NCBI GenBank assembly: GCA_045803545.1
Contig: JBJMOW010000005.1
Span: 640,001-704,000, forward strand
DNA length: 64,000 bases
Source of the DNA: Gemmatimonadaceae bacterium
GTDB lineage: Bacteria; Gemmatimonadota; Gemmatimonadetes; Gemmatimonadales; Gemmatimonadaceae
Reading direction: 5' to 3'
In this document: positions 1 through 9,124 of the stretch, piece after piece
How the letters are laid out: each line of letters opens with the position of its first letter
Position numbering within the stretch: the first letter of the stretch is position 1
The notes under the pieces: generated by a model
Databases searched by the model: none
What the model saw: the letters and a program-made list of their open reading frames with translations, nothing else
Told to the model about the DNA's origin: nothing
Position numbers and translations under genes: made by a program

Positions 1-722
1 CCGGCTTCGCTCAGACTCTGATCCCGCGCTTTGGCCAAACCAAAGTCGAGGATCCGTACCGTTCCGTCTGGCAGCAGCATTACGTTGCCCGGCTTCAAGT
101 CACGGTGCACGATTCCGGAGGCGTGTGCGGCGTGCAGCCCTTCTGCGATCTGCCGCGCGATCTCCAGAGCCTCGCCCACGACAATAGGACCGTCACGACT
201 AAGCCGCGCTCGGAGCGTTTCGCCCTGATACAGCGGCATGGCCAGGAAGAGCCAGCCCTCGTCGCTCGTCCCCACTTCGTGGATGGTGCAAAGATTCGGA
301 TGGTCGAGTGCAGCAGCCGCGTGAGCCTCGCGGAGGAACCGCGCGTTGGCGGAGGCGTCGAGGTTGTAGTGAGGAAAGAGAAACTTCAGTGCAACGACGC
401 GCCCCAGGCGCGTGTCGTATGCACGATAGACAACGCCCATTCCTCCGGCGCCGAGCGCTTCGCGTAGGTCGAAGTGGGAGATGGTCCGTCCGGTGAGTCG
501 AAGCGGATCCGACCCGCGATCAGACTCAAGCATGAAAGCAGTGTCAATCAGCCGAAGATCCACGCCGGCGGCAGCGTCGGCCTTCAACAACGATTCAAGG
601 GCTCGATGTAGACCGGGGTCACTCGTCGCCAACATCCCCAGACGGGCCGCTCGGCCGCTCGCGTTCAGCTCGACGAGCTCGTCGAAGCCGGCCTGGATTT
701 CCTCCCAGCGCTGAGCGTTCAC
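1..722 (-). CDS. Hanks-type Ser/Thr protein kinase, N-terminal part (runs off the window edge)
   Basis: Not in the ORF track. Manual minus-strand translation from GTG at 722 gives VNAQRWEEIQAGFDELVEL...HRDLKPGNVMLLPDGTVRILDFGLAKARDQ, containing the catalytic loop and DFG. The start overlaps the ECF sigma stop (GTGA). Confidence 0.92.
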   Translation of the reverse strand, partial: MNAQRWEEIQAGFDELVELNASGRAARLGMLATSDPGLHRALESLLKADAAAGVDLRLIDTAFMLESDRGSDPLRLTGRTISHFDLREALGAGGMGVVYRAYDTRLGRVVALKFLFPHYNLDASANARFLREAHAAAALDHPNLCTIHEVGTSDEGWLFLAMPLYQGETLRARLSRDGPIVVGEALEIARQIAEGLHAAHASGIVHRDLKPGNVMLLPDGTVRILDFGLAKARDQSLSEA

Positions 723-1294
723 TCGAGCGATTCACCATTGAGGTCGAGCGCAAGCCACGCTCGAGCGGAGCGGAGCTCGCGCTTGGCGGTTGCGAGCGAC
801 ACTCCTACTGCGGTAGCGCTTTCTTCGAGAGTCAAGCCGCCAAAATAGCGGTGTTGCAGCAATTGGCCCTGGCGGGGGCTCAATCCCTCGAGGCGCTTTA
901 GCGCATCATCCAGCTCCTTGACCGTCTCCAGGTTTTCGTCGGAGATCCATTCGAACTCGTCGAGGTCCAATGGTCTCATGCCGCCTCCACGTTTTTCGGC
1001 GAGGCGGGCGCGGGCCCGGTCGACTAGCAGATTCCGCATGACTTCGGATGCCAGCGCCAGGAAATGGGCGCGGTCGGGGAGGTCGACGCGGGGAGCGCCA
1101 ACGAGGCGGAGGTAAGCCTCATGCACCAGCTCGGTGGTGTTTAGCGAGCTCTCAACAGGCGCGCCCCACAACCGTCGGTGCGCGAGCTCGCGCAGCCGGT
1201 CGTATAGGAGCGGGATGAGGCGATCGCGAGCTCTGTCGTCTCCGGCGCTCCATTGTCGCAGGAGACCCGTGACCTCATATGAGGCAGATGCCAT
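719..1294 (-). CDS. ECF-type RNA polymerase sigma factor (kinase-associated, TIGR02999-like)
   Basis: MASASYEVTGLLRQWSAGD...LYDRLRELAHRRL...TTELVHEAYLRL...RYFGGLTLEESATAVGVSLATAKRELRSARAWL. AGGAG lies upstream of ATG 1294. Confidence 0.9.
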   Translation of the reverse strand: MASASYEVTGLLRQWSAGDDRARDRLIPLLYDRLRELAHRRLWGAPVESSLNTTELVHEAYLRLVGAPRVDLPDRAHFLALASEVMRNLLVDRARARLAEKRGGGMRPLDLDEFEWISDENLETVKELDDALKRLEGLSPRQGQLLQHRYFGGLTLEESATAVGVSLATAKRELRSARAWLALDLNGESLE

Positions 1295-1433
1295 CGGTTT
1301 CTCCTGATGAGGCAACGGCAACCCACGATAAGGGTCGGAGGTCCCCCCGGCAAGCGGAATGAGCCGGTTCGACCGACGATTCCGTTCTAGGGGTGAGGAA
1401 AGACCAGCTCGCAATCCCGCATCCGGAGTCCCT

Positions 1434-2018
1434 ATGTCCCTCTCAAAGCGCAGTGGTCCGTTGTCTCGTGTAGCCGACCTGTTCAACTCGGCGACAAGCC
1501 CGCATCGGGTGCTCGTCGCCGTGATAGCAGTCGCGGCCGGTGTGTTTGCGTGTAGAGATACGACGACACCGAAACAGCTTTCAAAGTCGGCACCCGCAGG
1601 CGCAAGCGAAACGATGGGAGTTGGATTTACGAGCACGCTCATCGCGCGCGGTAACCTCGGCACGTTTCACATGCAGTCCAAAACCGCCAGTTATGACGTC
1701 GAGCTCAAGTCACACGACAACACTGACGTCGCAGTCGCGAACATTGGCATTGAAGCGGGTGGGAGTTCAGGTTGGCATTCGCATCCCGGGCCCGTCCTGG
1801 TTGTCGTAAAAAGCGGAACGATCACGTTCTTCCGCGCGGACAATCCGAACTGCGCCGCGGACGTTTACGGCCCAGGCAGCTCATTCACTGAGCAAGGCGG
1901 TCTCGTGGCGAATGCGACCAACCAGGGAACGGACCCCGTCGTCGGAGTGGCGACTTTCCTGGCGCCCCCAGGGGCTGCACTGCGAATCGATGCGGCGAAG
2001 CCTGCCAATTGTTCGTGA
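1434..2018 (+). CDS. Exported cupin-domain protein (probable lipoprotein)
   Basis: Hydrophobic stretch ending VFAC; cupin motif GWHSHPGPVLVVVKSGTI; GGAG before ATG 1434. Confidence 0.75.
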   Translation: MSLSKRSGPLSRVADLFNSATSPHRVLVAVIAVAAGVFACRDTTTPKQLSKSAPAGASETMGVGFTSTLIARGNLGTFHMQSKTASYDVELKSHDNTDVAVANIGIEAGGSSGWHSHPGPVLVVVKSGTITFFRADNPNCAADVYGPGSSFTEQGGLVANATNQGTDPVVGVATFLAPPGAALRIDAAKPANCS

Positions 2019-2086
2019 TCAGATACTTACGCTGCAGCGAAGCGCCGCCGAGCGGCACTGCAGCGTACTCACATTGGAGGTGTCGT

Positions 2087-2659
2087 ATGTCTTACCGGAC
2101 CGCTGTACTTGTCGTTTCTCTCGCGGTTGCCGCAATGGCGTGTCAGGAACCGTCGACCGCACCGCACGGGGCGTCGGCGAATCGTGGTATTGTCGCAGAT
2201 CGTTCAACGGGCGATACGCCGAACTACAATCTCGAAGTCCTTCTGCGACCGTGTTCCAGCGATGTAGCGGGATGCGTCGCTGGAGGCGACGGTTTCGGTC
2301 ATGTGAAGTTCCGTCAAGCCGGCAACGACGATGCTCAGAGAATAGACCTCGGCGTCTGGGTGCGGGACCTCGCCCCCAACACCGAGTACTTCCTTCAGAG
2401 GGCGGTCGACACGAATCTGAACGGCAGCTGCACCAGCACGTCCTGGCTCACGCTGGGATTGGGCACCGCCCTTCCACCCCAATCGATTACGACTGACGAT
2501 AAGGGCACCGGCAGTCAAGATCTTTTCCGCGTCGTACCCAACCCCGCGGGCTCCACGTTCGACATCTATTTCCGCATCGTTCAGGCTGCAGCGGACCACA
2601 CGCCTGACCCCAGCAAGGTTGTTCTGATAAGTGATTGCTACCAATACAGCGTGAAGTAA
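2087..2659 (+). CDS. Hypothetical lipoprotein
   Basis: GGAGG RBS, then MSYRTAVLVVSLAVAAMAC (lipobox-like), followed by a beta-rich mature part. Confidence 0.7.
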   Translation: MSYRTAVLVVSLAVAAMACQEPSTAPHGASANRGIVADRSTGDTPNYNLEVLLRPCSSDVAGCVAGGDGFGHVKFRQAGNDDAQRIDLGVWVRDLAPNTEYFLQRAVDTNLNGSCTSTSWLTLGLGTALPPQSITTDDKGTGSQDLFRVVPNPAGSTFDIYFRIVQAAADHTPDPSKVVLISDCYQYSVK

Positions 2660-2673
2660 CAGGGGTTGGCAGA

Positions 2674-2704
2674 ACCCCGCTCACGAATCCCCCGTGAGCG
2701 GGGT
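2674..2704. terminator. 12-bp perfect hairpin beside the distal tRNA-Ile fragment
   Basis: accccgctcacg-aatcccc-cgtgagcggggt. It lies just past the stop of the 2087-2659 gene and has no clear U-tract. Confidence 0.55.
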
Positions 2705-2719
2705 AATAAGTTCTGATTT

Positions 2720-2764
2720 ATTGGCCTGCGTAGAGTCGAAGTACCGACGTCACTCTTGTCAGAC
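2720..2764 (-). repeat. Degenerate copy 2 of the tRNA-Ile 3' half (att-like direct repeat)
   Basis: attggcctgcgtagagtcgaagtaccgacgtcactcttgtcagac aligns ungapped with 4591-4635 at 37/45 positions (hand count). Confidence 0.85.
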
Positions 2765-2793
2765 GGGGTTAAAGGACACCAGCCGATCGGGGC

Positions 2794-3321
2794 TCACTCG
2801 AACATCGGTGGCCCGAGCCTCGTCATGCCGTACTTCGTTGAGATGGCATCGAGCTTGTCGAGAGGCGGCAAGCCACCGAGTGGCGTCACCGCCGAGAGCT
2901 CCACGAAGAAACCGGAGAACATCCCTGGTACCGTCGCGATGAGAAGCCGGGCGTCGGACGTTGTGAAGTTCTGGTACGCGTGGACGACGCCGCGGCGTAG
3001 ATAGACCGTATCGCCTGCGCGTACGGTATGCCGTTCTCCGTCGAGCTCGAACACGACCTCGCCTTCGAGGACGTAGAACAGCTCGTCCTCGCGCGTGTGC
3101 ACGTGGCGCGGCGGCCCGGACATCGGCGGGGCCACGAGGTGGAAGAATGCCAGCGTTCCCTCGGAGTCTTCTGCCGACACCTTCACCAGCGTCTCCTCGC
3201 CGACAATGTTCAAAGGCGCCTTCGTGCGTCCGTCGCGCGCAGCGACGATGGTGAACGCTTTCGGTGTCGGACGGCGCGGTGACTCTGCGAGCTCGGTGGT
3301 TCCAGCGATTTCGGTGTTCAT
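2794..3321 (-). CDS. Cupin-domain protein (quercetin dioxygenase-like fold)
   Basis: GPPRHVHTREDELFYVLEGE...GDTVYLRRGVVHAYQN; 4-nt overlap with the upstream TetR gene. Confidence 0.85.
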   Translation of the reverse strand: MNTEIAGTTELAESPRRPTPKAFTIVAARDGRTKAPLNIVGEETLVKVSAEDSEGTLAFFHLVAPPMSGPPRHVHTREDELFYVLEGEVVFELDGERHTVRAGDTVYLRRGVVHAYQNFTTSDARLLIATVPGMFSGFFVELSAVTPLGGLPPLDKLDAISTKYGMTRLGPPMFE

Positions 3322-3944
3322 GGCCGGTTCTCCTTGTGAAGGGTTGGTTTACGCTTTCGGACGCGTGCACGGGCCTTGGCCGCCGAGATCACCGCCTCGA
3401 AGGCCATCGCCGCGGCCTCACGCGCTTCCTCGGCCGAAAGCTTCCCGCGGTCGCGCAACATCTGCCAGAAGGGAGCGCTGTACATCGCGACACAGACGGC
3501 GACCAAGCGCCGGCTCTCTGCGGGGGAAAGGTCGCGGGTGACGGTCGCCAGACTCTGTTGAAATGCGGCGCGGCCCTCCGCGGAGCCGTGCGCCTGATAG
3601 TGGGCCATCGCCGGGGTGACGATGGAAGCGCGCACAAATGTCTCGTGCTGCTCGAACTGCGCGAATTGTGCGCGCACTGAAGGCGCGATGTCCGCTTCGG
3701 TGGTGGGCCACCGAGTGCCGGTCTCATCGCGCATCCGCGCCCACAGCGCGCCCCCCAAATGGCCGCGCGTCGGAAAATGCCGGTACACTGTTCGCGCCGC
3801 GATCCCCGATCGGTCGGCGATCGCCTCGTGCGTCACCTGCGACGCCGGATCGTCGTGAACCATTCTCATTGCAGTGTCGAGAATAGCGTTCCGGGTTGAG
3901 TCTCTTTGCCGGGCGTGCGCGGATCTAAGTTGCGGACTCGTCAT
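3318..3944 (-). CDS. TetR/AcrR family transcriptional regulator
   Basis: TRNAILDTA...HEAIADRSGIAARTVYRHFPTR helix-turn-helix. Confidence 0.9.
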   Translation of the reverse strand: MTSPQLRSAHARQRDSTRNAILDTAMRMVHDDPASQVTHEAIADRSGIAARTVYRHFPTRGHLGGALWARMRDETGTRWPTTEADIAPSVRAQFAQFEQHETFVRASIVTPAMAHYQAHGSAEGRAAFQQSLATVTRDLSPAESRRLVAVCVAMYSAPFWQMLRDRGKLSAEEAREAAAMAFEAVISAAKARARVRKRKPTLHKENRP

Positions 3945-3979
3945 GGCAGTATACTGTCATCACGTCAGTATTCTGTCAA
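3943..3979 (-). promoter_or_regulatory. Putative TetR promoter with tandem operator palindromes
   Basis: Minus strand reads TTGACA-17 nt-CAGTAT-6 nt-ATG. Near-palindrome atggcagtatactgtcat (3943-3960) and related cgtcagtattctgtca (3963-3978). Confidence 0.65.
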
Positions 3980-4093
3980 GACTTAGCCCCAAAAGGAGAC
4001 GAGCGCACAGTTTGGGAAGCGAAGGTAAGTACAGTGCCTCTCCCAATCCCGACAACAAATTCAGAAACGGGCTGAATTTTTGTAAATAAAGGA

Positions 4094-4127
4094 AAACCCC
4101 GCTAACCTGCGGGGCGTTGCGGGGTTT
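4094..4127. terminator. Hairpin beside tRNA-Ile fragment copy 1
   Basis: aaaccccgc...gcggggttt; on the minus strand it is followed by TTTTCCTTTATTT. Confidence 0.65.
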
Positions 4128-4138
4128 GCTCTTTTGGA

Positions 4139-4183
4139 ATGGGCCTGCGTAGAGTTGAACTACCGCCCTCACGCTTATCAGGC
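4139..4183 (-). repeat. Copy 1 of the tRNA-Ile 3' half (att-like direct repeat)
   Basis: atgggcctgcgtagagttgaactaccgccctcacgcttatcaggc matches 4591-4635 at 43/45 positions. Confidence 0.95.
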
Positions 4184-4207
4184 AGCTTGATAAGCCATGA
4201 ACTAAGC

Positions 4208-4495
4208 TCAGAAGTTCTTATTCGGAGGGATCTGAGCAACCTCTCTTTCGCGCTCAGCGAGTAGCTTGGTCGTGAAGCGCTGGCCCTCCGAAAGCCGTTC
4301 TACCTCAATGGCAATCGCATCCACGGCGTGCTGGAGTTGTCCGAGTCCATCGTGGATCTCTTTCAGGCCCGGATGTGGGACAGCCGTTCCGCTCGCTCCT
4401 CGCATGTACATCTTGATGAGACTGTACGCGCTGCCACAAACGATGGCGACGATAACAACGGTTGTGACAGCTGGCACCCACAAGTCTGGTGACAT
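4208..4495 (-). CDS. Small membrane-anchored coiled-coil hypothetical protein
   Basis: GGGAGG RBS; one TM helix (VPAVTTVVIVAIVCGSAY), then LQHAVDAIAIEVERLSEGQRFTTKLL. Confidence 0.75.
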   Translation of the reverse strand: MSPDLWVPAVTTVVIVAIVCGSAYSLIKMYMRGASGTAVPHPGLKEIHDGLGQLQHAVDAIAIEVERLSEGQRFTTKLLAEREREVAQIPPNKNF

Positions 4496-4544
4496 AAGCA
4501 CCCTCCCAAACGAGCACTACGGCCGCGTGAGAGCGAAAGTGCCA

Positions 4545-4576
4545 AACCCCGCGAGCGCCTAAACGCTCACGGGGTT
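4545..4576 (-). terminator. Hairpin downstream of intact tRNA-Ile
   Basis: aaccccgcgagcg-cctaaa-cgctcacggggtt, a 13-bp stem with one G-U pair on the minus strand. Confidence 0.65.
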
Positions 4577-4591
4577 ATGAATTGAGGTTTA

Positions 4592-4665
<74 letters not shown>

Positions 4666-4703
4666 TTTGTCACCACGTAAACCACTCTGACGCAGAGTTT
4701 TGC

Positions 4704-4732
4704 AAGTTAGCCGTGCCCTGAGCGGGGGTCAA
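4704..4732 (-). promoter_or_regulatory. Putative sigma70 promoter of tRNA-Ile
   Basis: TTGACC-17 nt-TAACTT on the minus strand. Confidence 0.6.
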
Positions 4733-4861
4733 TTGATTCTGGCCGCCTCTATGACAATCCCGTAATTCTCGATTCACGAATTCGTCAGGCGACAAGGTGA
4801 GAATTGAAGGCGGGAAAATCCGTCCGCGGATTCGTTGGAACTCCAACCGCTGAGTATTGAG

Positions 4862-5278
4862 ATGGGCGTACTCCGAAAAGGCTTCACGCTAATCGAAATC
4901 CTGATCGTCGTGGTCGTGCTTGGCGCCCTCGCTGCGATCGCCATCCCCCATTACGCTGGGGCGAAAACCAAGGCTTACCAGGCGGCGATGATGGCTGATT
5001 TGCGTACCGCCGCCATTCTGGAGGAACAGTACGCCGCCGATAATCATGGCCAGTACTTCTCGGGGTCGGCGACGGAGGACTCCCCGCTCAACGGCTTCAG
5101 GCCGTCAAAATCGGTGACCGTGACTTTCACTGCGTTCAACATCCTGGGCAGCCAGCTCGGTGACTGGGTGGCTATCGCACACCACGGTCAGTCGAGCGAG
5201 AATTGTGAGCTGCGTAGCGGAATCATTACCTGCACCAACGAACAGGGTTTGGCGACAGGCACGATCCGCTCGCACTAG
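4862..5278 (+). CDS. Type IV pilin-like protein with prepilin cleavage/methylation motif
   Basis: MGVLRKG|FTLIEILIVVVVLGALAAIAIP; C-terminal Cys pair. Confidence 0.9.
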   Translation: MGVLRKGFTLIEILIVVVVLGALAAIAIPHYAGAKTKAYQAAMMADLRTAAILEEQYAADNHGQYFSGSATEDSPLNGFRPSKSVTVTFTAFNILGSQLGDWVAIAHHGQSSENCELRSGIITCTNEQGLATGTIRSH

Positions 5279-5850
5279 GCCCAGACGGAAGCTTTTTTCG
5301 CCCAGATCGTGTCCTGATATCGTTCCTTGAACGCATCGGCGGTCCGCTTCAGCGATCCAGCGTCGTGCGTGCCCTTGTACGGCGCAACACCCGCCCAGTA
5401 GAGCGCCTCCGGCGCGGCATTCGTATCAGGGAATTGTTCAACGATCTCGCGAAACCGGCGCTCTGCCTCATCCCACTTCTGCTCGGCGAAAGAAATTTGC
5501 GCGCGACCAAGCATCAACTGAGAGAGGAATTCGTCGTTGGGCAGAAATCCTTCTATACGATGGCGCTCCTCTCCGGCGGGATCGAGCTCCAGAATGGTCG
5601 GCGTCCACTGCGCGTTGAATTTCTCGCCGTACTTCTGAAATAGCGCAGAGTCGTCTTTGACGTGCACACGCGCGGGAATGAAGTTCTGGTTGACGAAGCT
5701 CACTACGCGCGGGTCAGGCCACACCTCGGCATCCAGCCGAGCACAGCCACTTCACATCGGCGCGGCGCTGAAATCGAGGAGAAGCGGTTTGTGCTGCTGC
5801 GCGGCATCCCGAAACGCGCTGTCGACGTCGTGCCTGAAGTTGATTTCCAT
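5275..5850 (-). CDS. Thioredoxin-fold + TPR protein with in-frame UGA (predicted selenocysteine, UxxC), 191 aa
   Basis: AAGGAG RBS and ATG 5850 give MEINFRHDVDSAFRDAAQQHKPLLLDFSAAPM-TGA(5752-5754)-SGCARLDAEVWPDPRV..., in frame with the 5275-5724 ORF. The C-terminal EAERRFREIVEQFPDTNAAPEALYWAG is TPR-like. Confidence 0.85.
5717..5748 (-). promoter_or_regulatory. Bacterial SECIS-like stem-loop
   Basis: After the UGA: GGCUGUG-CUCGGC-UGGAU-GCCGAG-GUGUGGCC. The apical loop starts 16 nt after the UGA and has G at loop position 2. Confidence 0.7.
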
Positions 5851-5882
5851 GATTTCTCCTTTTCCCGCACCGAAGGACTACA

Positions 5883-5907
5883 AGAAAAATGCCCCTCGCG
5901 GGGCATT
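5883..5907 (-). terminator. Rho-independent terminator after the typA/acidic-protein genes
   Basis: AATGCCCC-GCGA-GGGGCATT followed by TTTCTT on the minus strand. Confidence 0.7.
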
Positions 5908-5922
5908 CGTCGATTTTAGCGC

Positions 5923-6270
5923 TCAGTCCTCGTACTTGCGAGGATGCGAGGGATGGGGTCGCTCCTCGTCCTCGGTATCGAACTCATCGTCGAGGTCGAT
6001 GAGGTCGTCGTCAAGGTCGTCGTCGAGATCGTCATCGTCGTCATCGAGGTCATCGTCGTCGAGGTCGTCGTCCTCCAGGTCGTCAGCCGCAGCGTCCTCC
6101 TCGTCTTCGTCCCACTCCTCGTCGTCGTCGAGATCTTCGTCGTCTTCCAGATCGTCCTCGAGGGTTTCATCTTCGGGATCGTCGTCCGTTGTCTTCTTCG
6201 CCAGCCACGCCTCAGGCTTCCCATCGTCCCCGTTCAGGAAGCTCCCCGCGGACTCCAGCATGGCGCACAT
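5923..6270 (-). CDS. Highly acidic Asp/Glu-rich low-complexity protein
   Basis: AGGAG RBS before ATG 6270; long D/E tract with periodic Leu; basic tail RPHPSHPRKYED. Confidence 0.65.
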   Translation of the reverse strand: MCAMLESAGSFLNGDDGKPEAWLAKKTTDDDPEDETLEDDLEDDEDLDDDEEWDEDEEDAAADDLEDDDLDDDDLDDDDDDLDDDLDDDLIDLDDEFDTEDEERPHPSHPRKYED

Positions 6271-6289
6271 TACCGTGATCTCCTGGTTG

Positions 6290-8134
<1,845 letters not shown>

Positions 8135-8149
8135 AGCCTTGAAAGTTAG

Positions 8150-9124
8150 CTAGGCGTGCAAGTGTCTCTCGCGGTCGAGCATGTCCTCGCGCTCGAGCTG
8201 GATTGTGACGTGCTGGATACCAAACAGACGCATCGCGTCGTGGATGTGCTCCAGGACGTGTTGGTGCTGATCCGGCTCCCGCACAATACAATGCGCACTC
8301 ATCGCCACGATCGCCGGGGTCACTGCCCAGACGTGGACGTCATGGACAGACTCGATGCCCGGAATTGCCTCCAGCTGACTGCGCACCGCAGGCATCGGAA
8401 TGTGCGCGGGGGTCGATTCCAGCAGAATATCGACGGATTCGCGCACGAGCCGCCACGCGCCGCCCATGATCAGGACCGTGGTAAGGATCGACGCAACCGG
8501 GTCGGCCATCAGCCAGCCGGTGAAGCGAATGAGTAGCGCGGCGATGATGGTGCCGACGGTGGCGAGCAAATCGCCGAGTACGTGAAGGTATGCCCCACGC
8601 GTGTTGAGATTCTCGCGCGAGCTGCCGGAAAGAACTCGCGCCGAAACGAGATTGGCGGCCAGCCCCGCCACTGCGACGCCGAGCATAAGTCCGCCTCCAA
8701 CTGCCTCTGGGTGACGCAGTCGGACAACGGCTTCGACGAGGATACCCGCCGAGATGAGGAGGAGCGTCGCACCGTTCACGAACGCGGCAAGGATTTCCCA
8801 CCGCAGATAGCCGTACGTCTTCTGCGGAGAGCTCGGTTGTTTGCTGAACCAGGCGACGAACAAAGCGAGACCGAGCGCGGCGACGTCAGTCAGCATGTGG
8901 CCGGCATCGGCAAGTAATGCAATCGAGTTGGCGAGAACGCCGCCGACGACCTCGACGACGAGGAAAATCGCGGTGATTGTCAGCGCGATGCGCAAACCCG
9001 CTACTGACACATCACCGATGTGCGAATGACCGAGCCCATGACGGTGATCGTGCGCGCCGTCGTGCTGGTGTGGGTGCCCGGAACTGTGGTAAGTTGTATC
9101 CGTGCTCGGTCGGCTGCTCGCCAT
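8150..9124 (-). CDS. czcD: Cation diffusion facilitator (CzcD/ZitB-like Zn transporter); start uncertain
   Basis: His-rich N-terminus, ALLADAGHMLTD, AYLHVLGDLL, VHDVHVW, HVTIQLE. Confidence 0.88.
   Translation of the reverse strand: MASSRPSTDTTYHSSGHPHQHDGAHDHRHGLGHSHIGDVSVAGLRIALTITAIFLVVEVVGGVLANSIALLADAGHMLTDVAALGLALFVAWFSKQPSSPQKTYGYLRWEILAAFVNGATLLLISAGILVEAVVRLRHPEAVGGGLMLGVAVAGLAANLVSARVLSGSSRENLNTRGAYLHVLGDLLATVGTIIAALLIRFTGWLMADPVASILTTVLIMGGAWRLVRESVDILLESTPAHIPMPAVRSQLEAIPGIESVHDVHVWAVTPAIVAMSAHCIVREPDQHQHVLEHIHDAMRLFGIQHVTIQLEREDMLDRERHLHA

Noticed and set aside
719..1663. Long N-terminal extensions given by the ORF track (ECF, czcD, YceI, SDR, ABC exporter, PP2C, lepA)
   Set aside because: Most overlap other genes, a tRNA or a terminator. 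Downstream starts fit the RBS or -10 signals and the domain boundaries better.
2720..4183. Additional functional tRNA genes or a CRISPR array
   Set aside because: The copies lack the 5' acceptor strand and D arm. The spacing is 0.45-1.4 kb with whole genes between, and there are no cas genes.
5275..5850. Pseudogene with premature stop
   Set aside because: The UGA sits at the catalytic Cys position, is followed by a SECIS-like hairpin, and both halves are otherwise intact, so recoding is more parsimonious.
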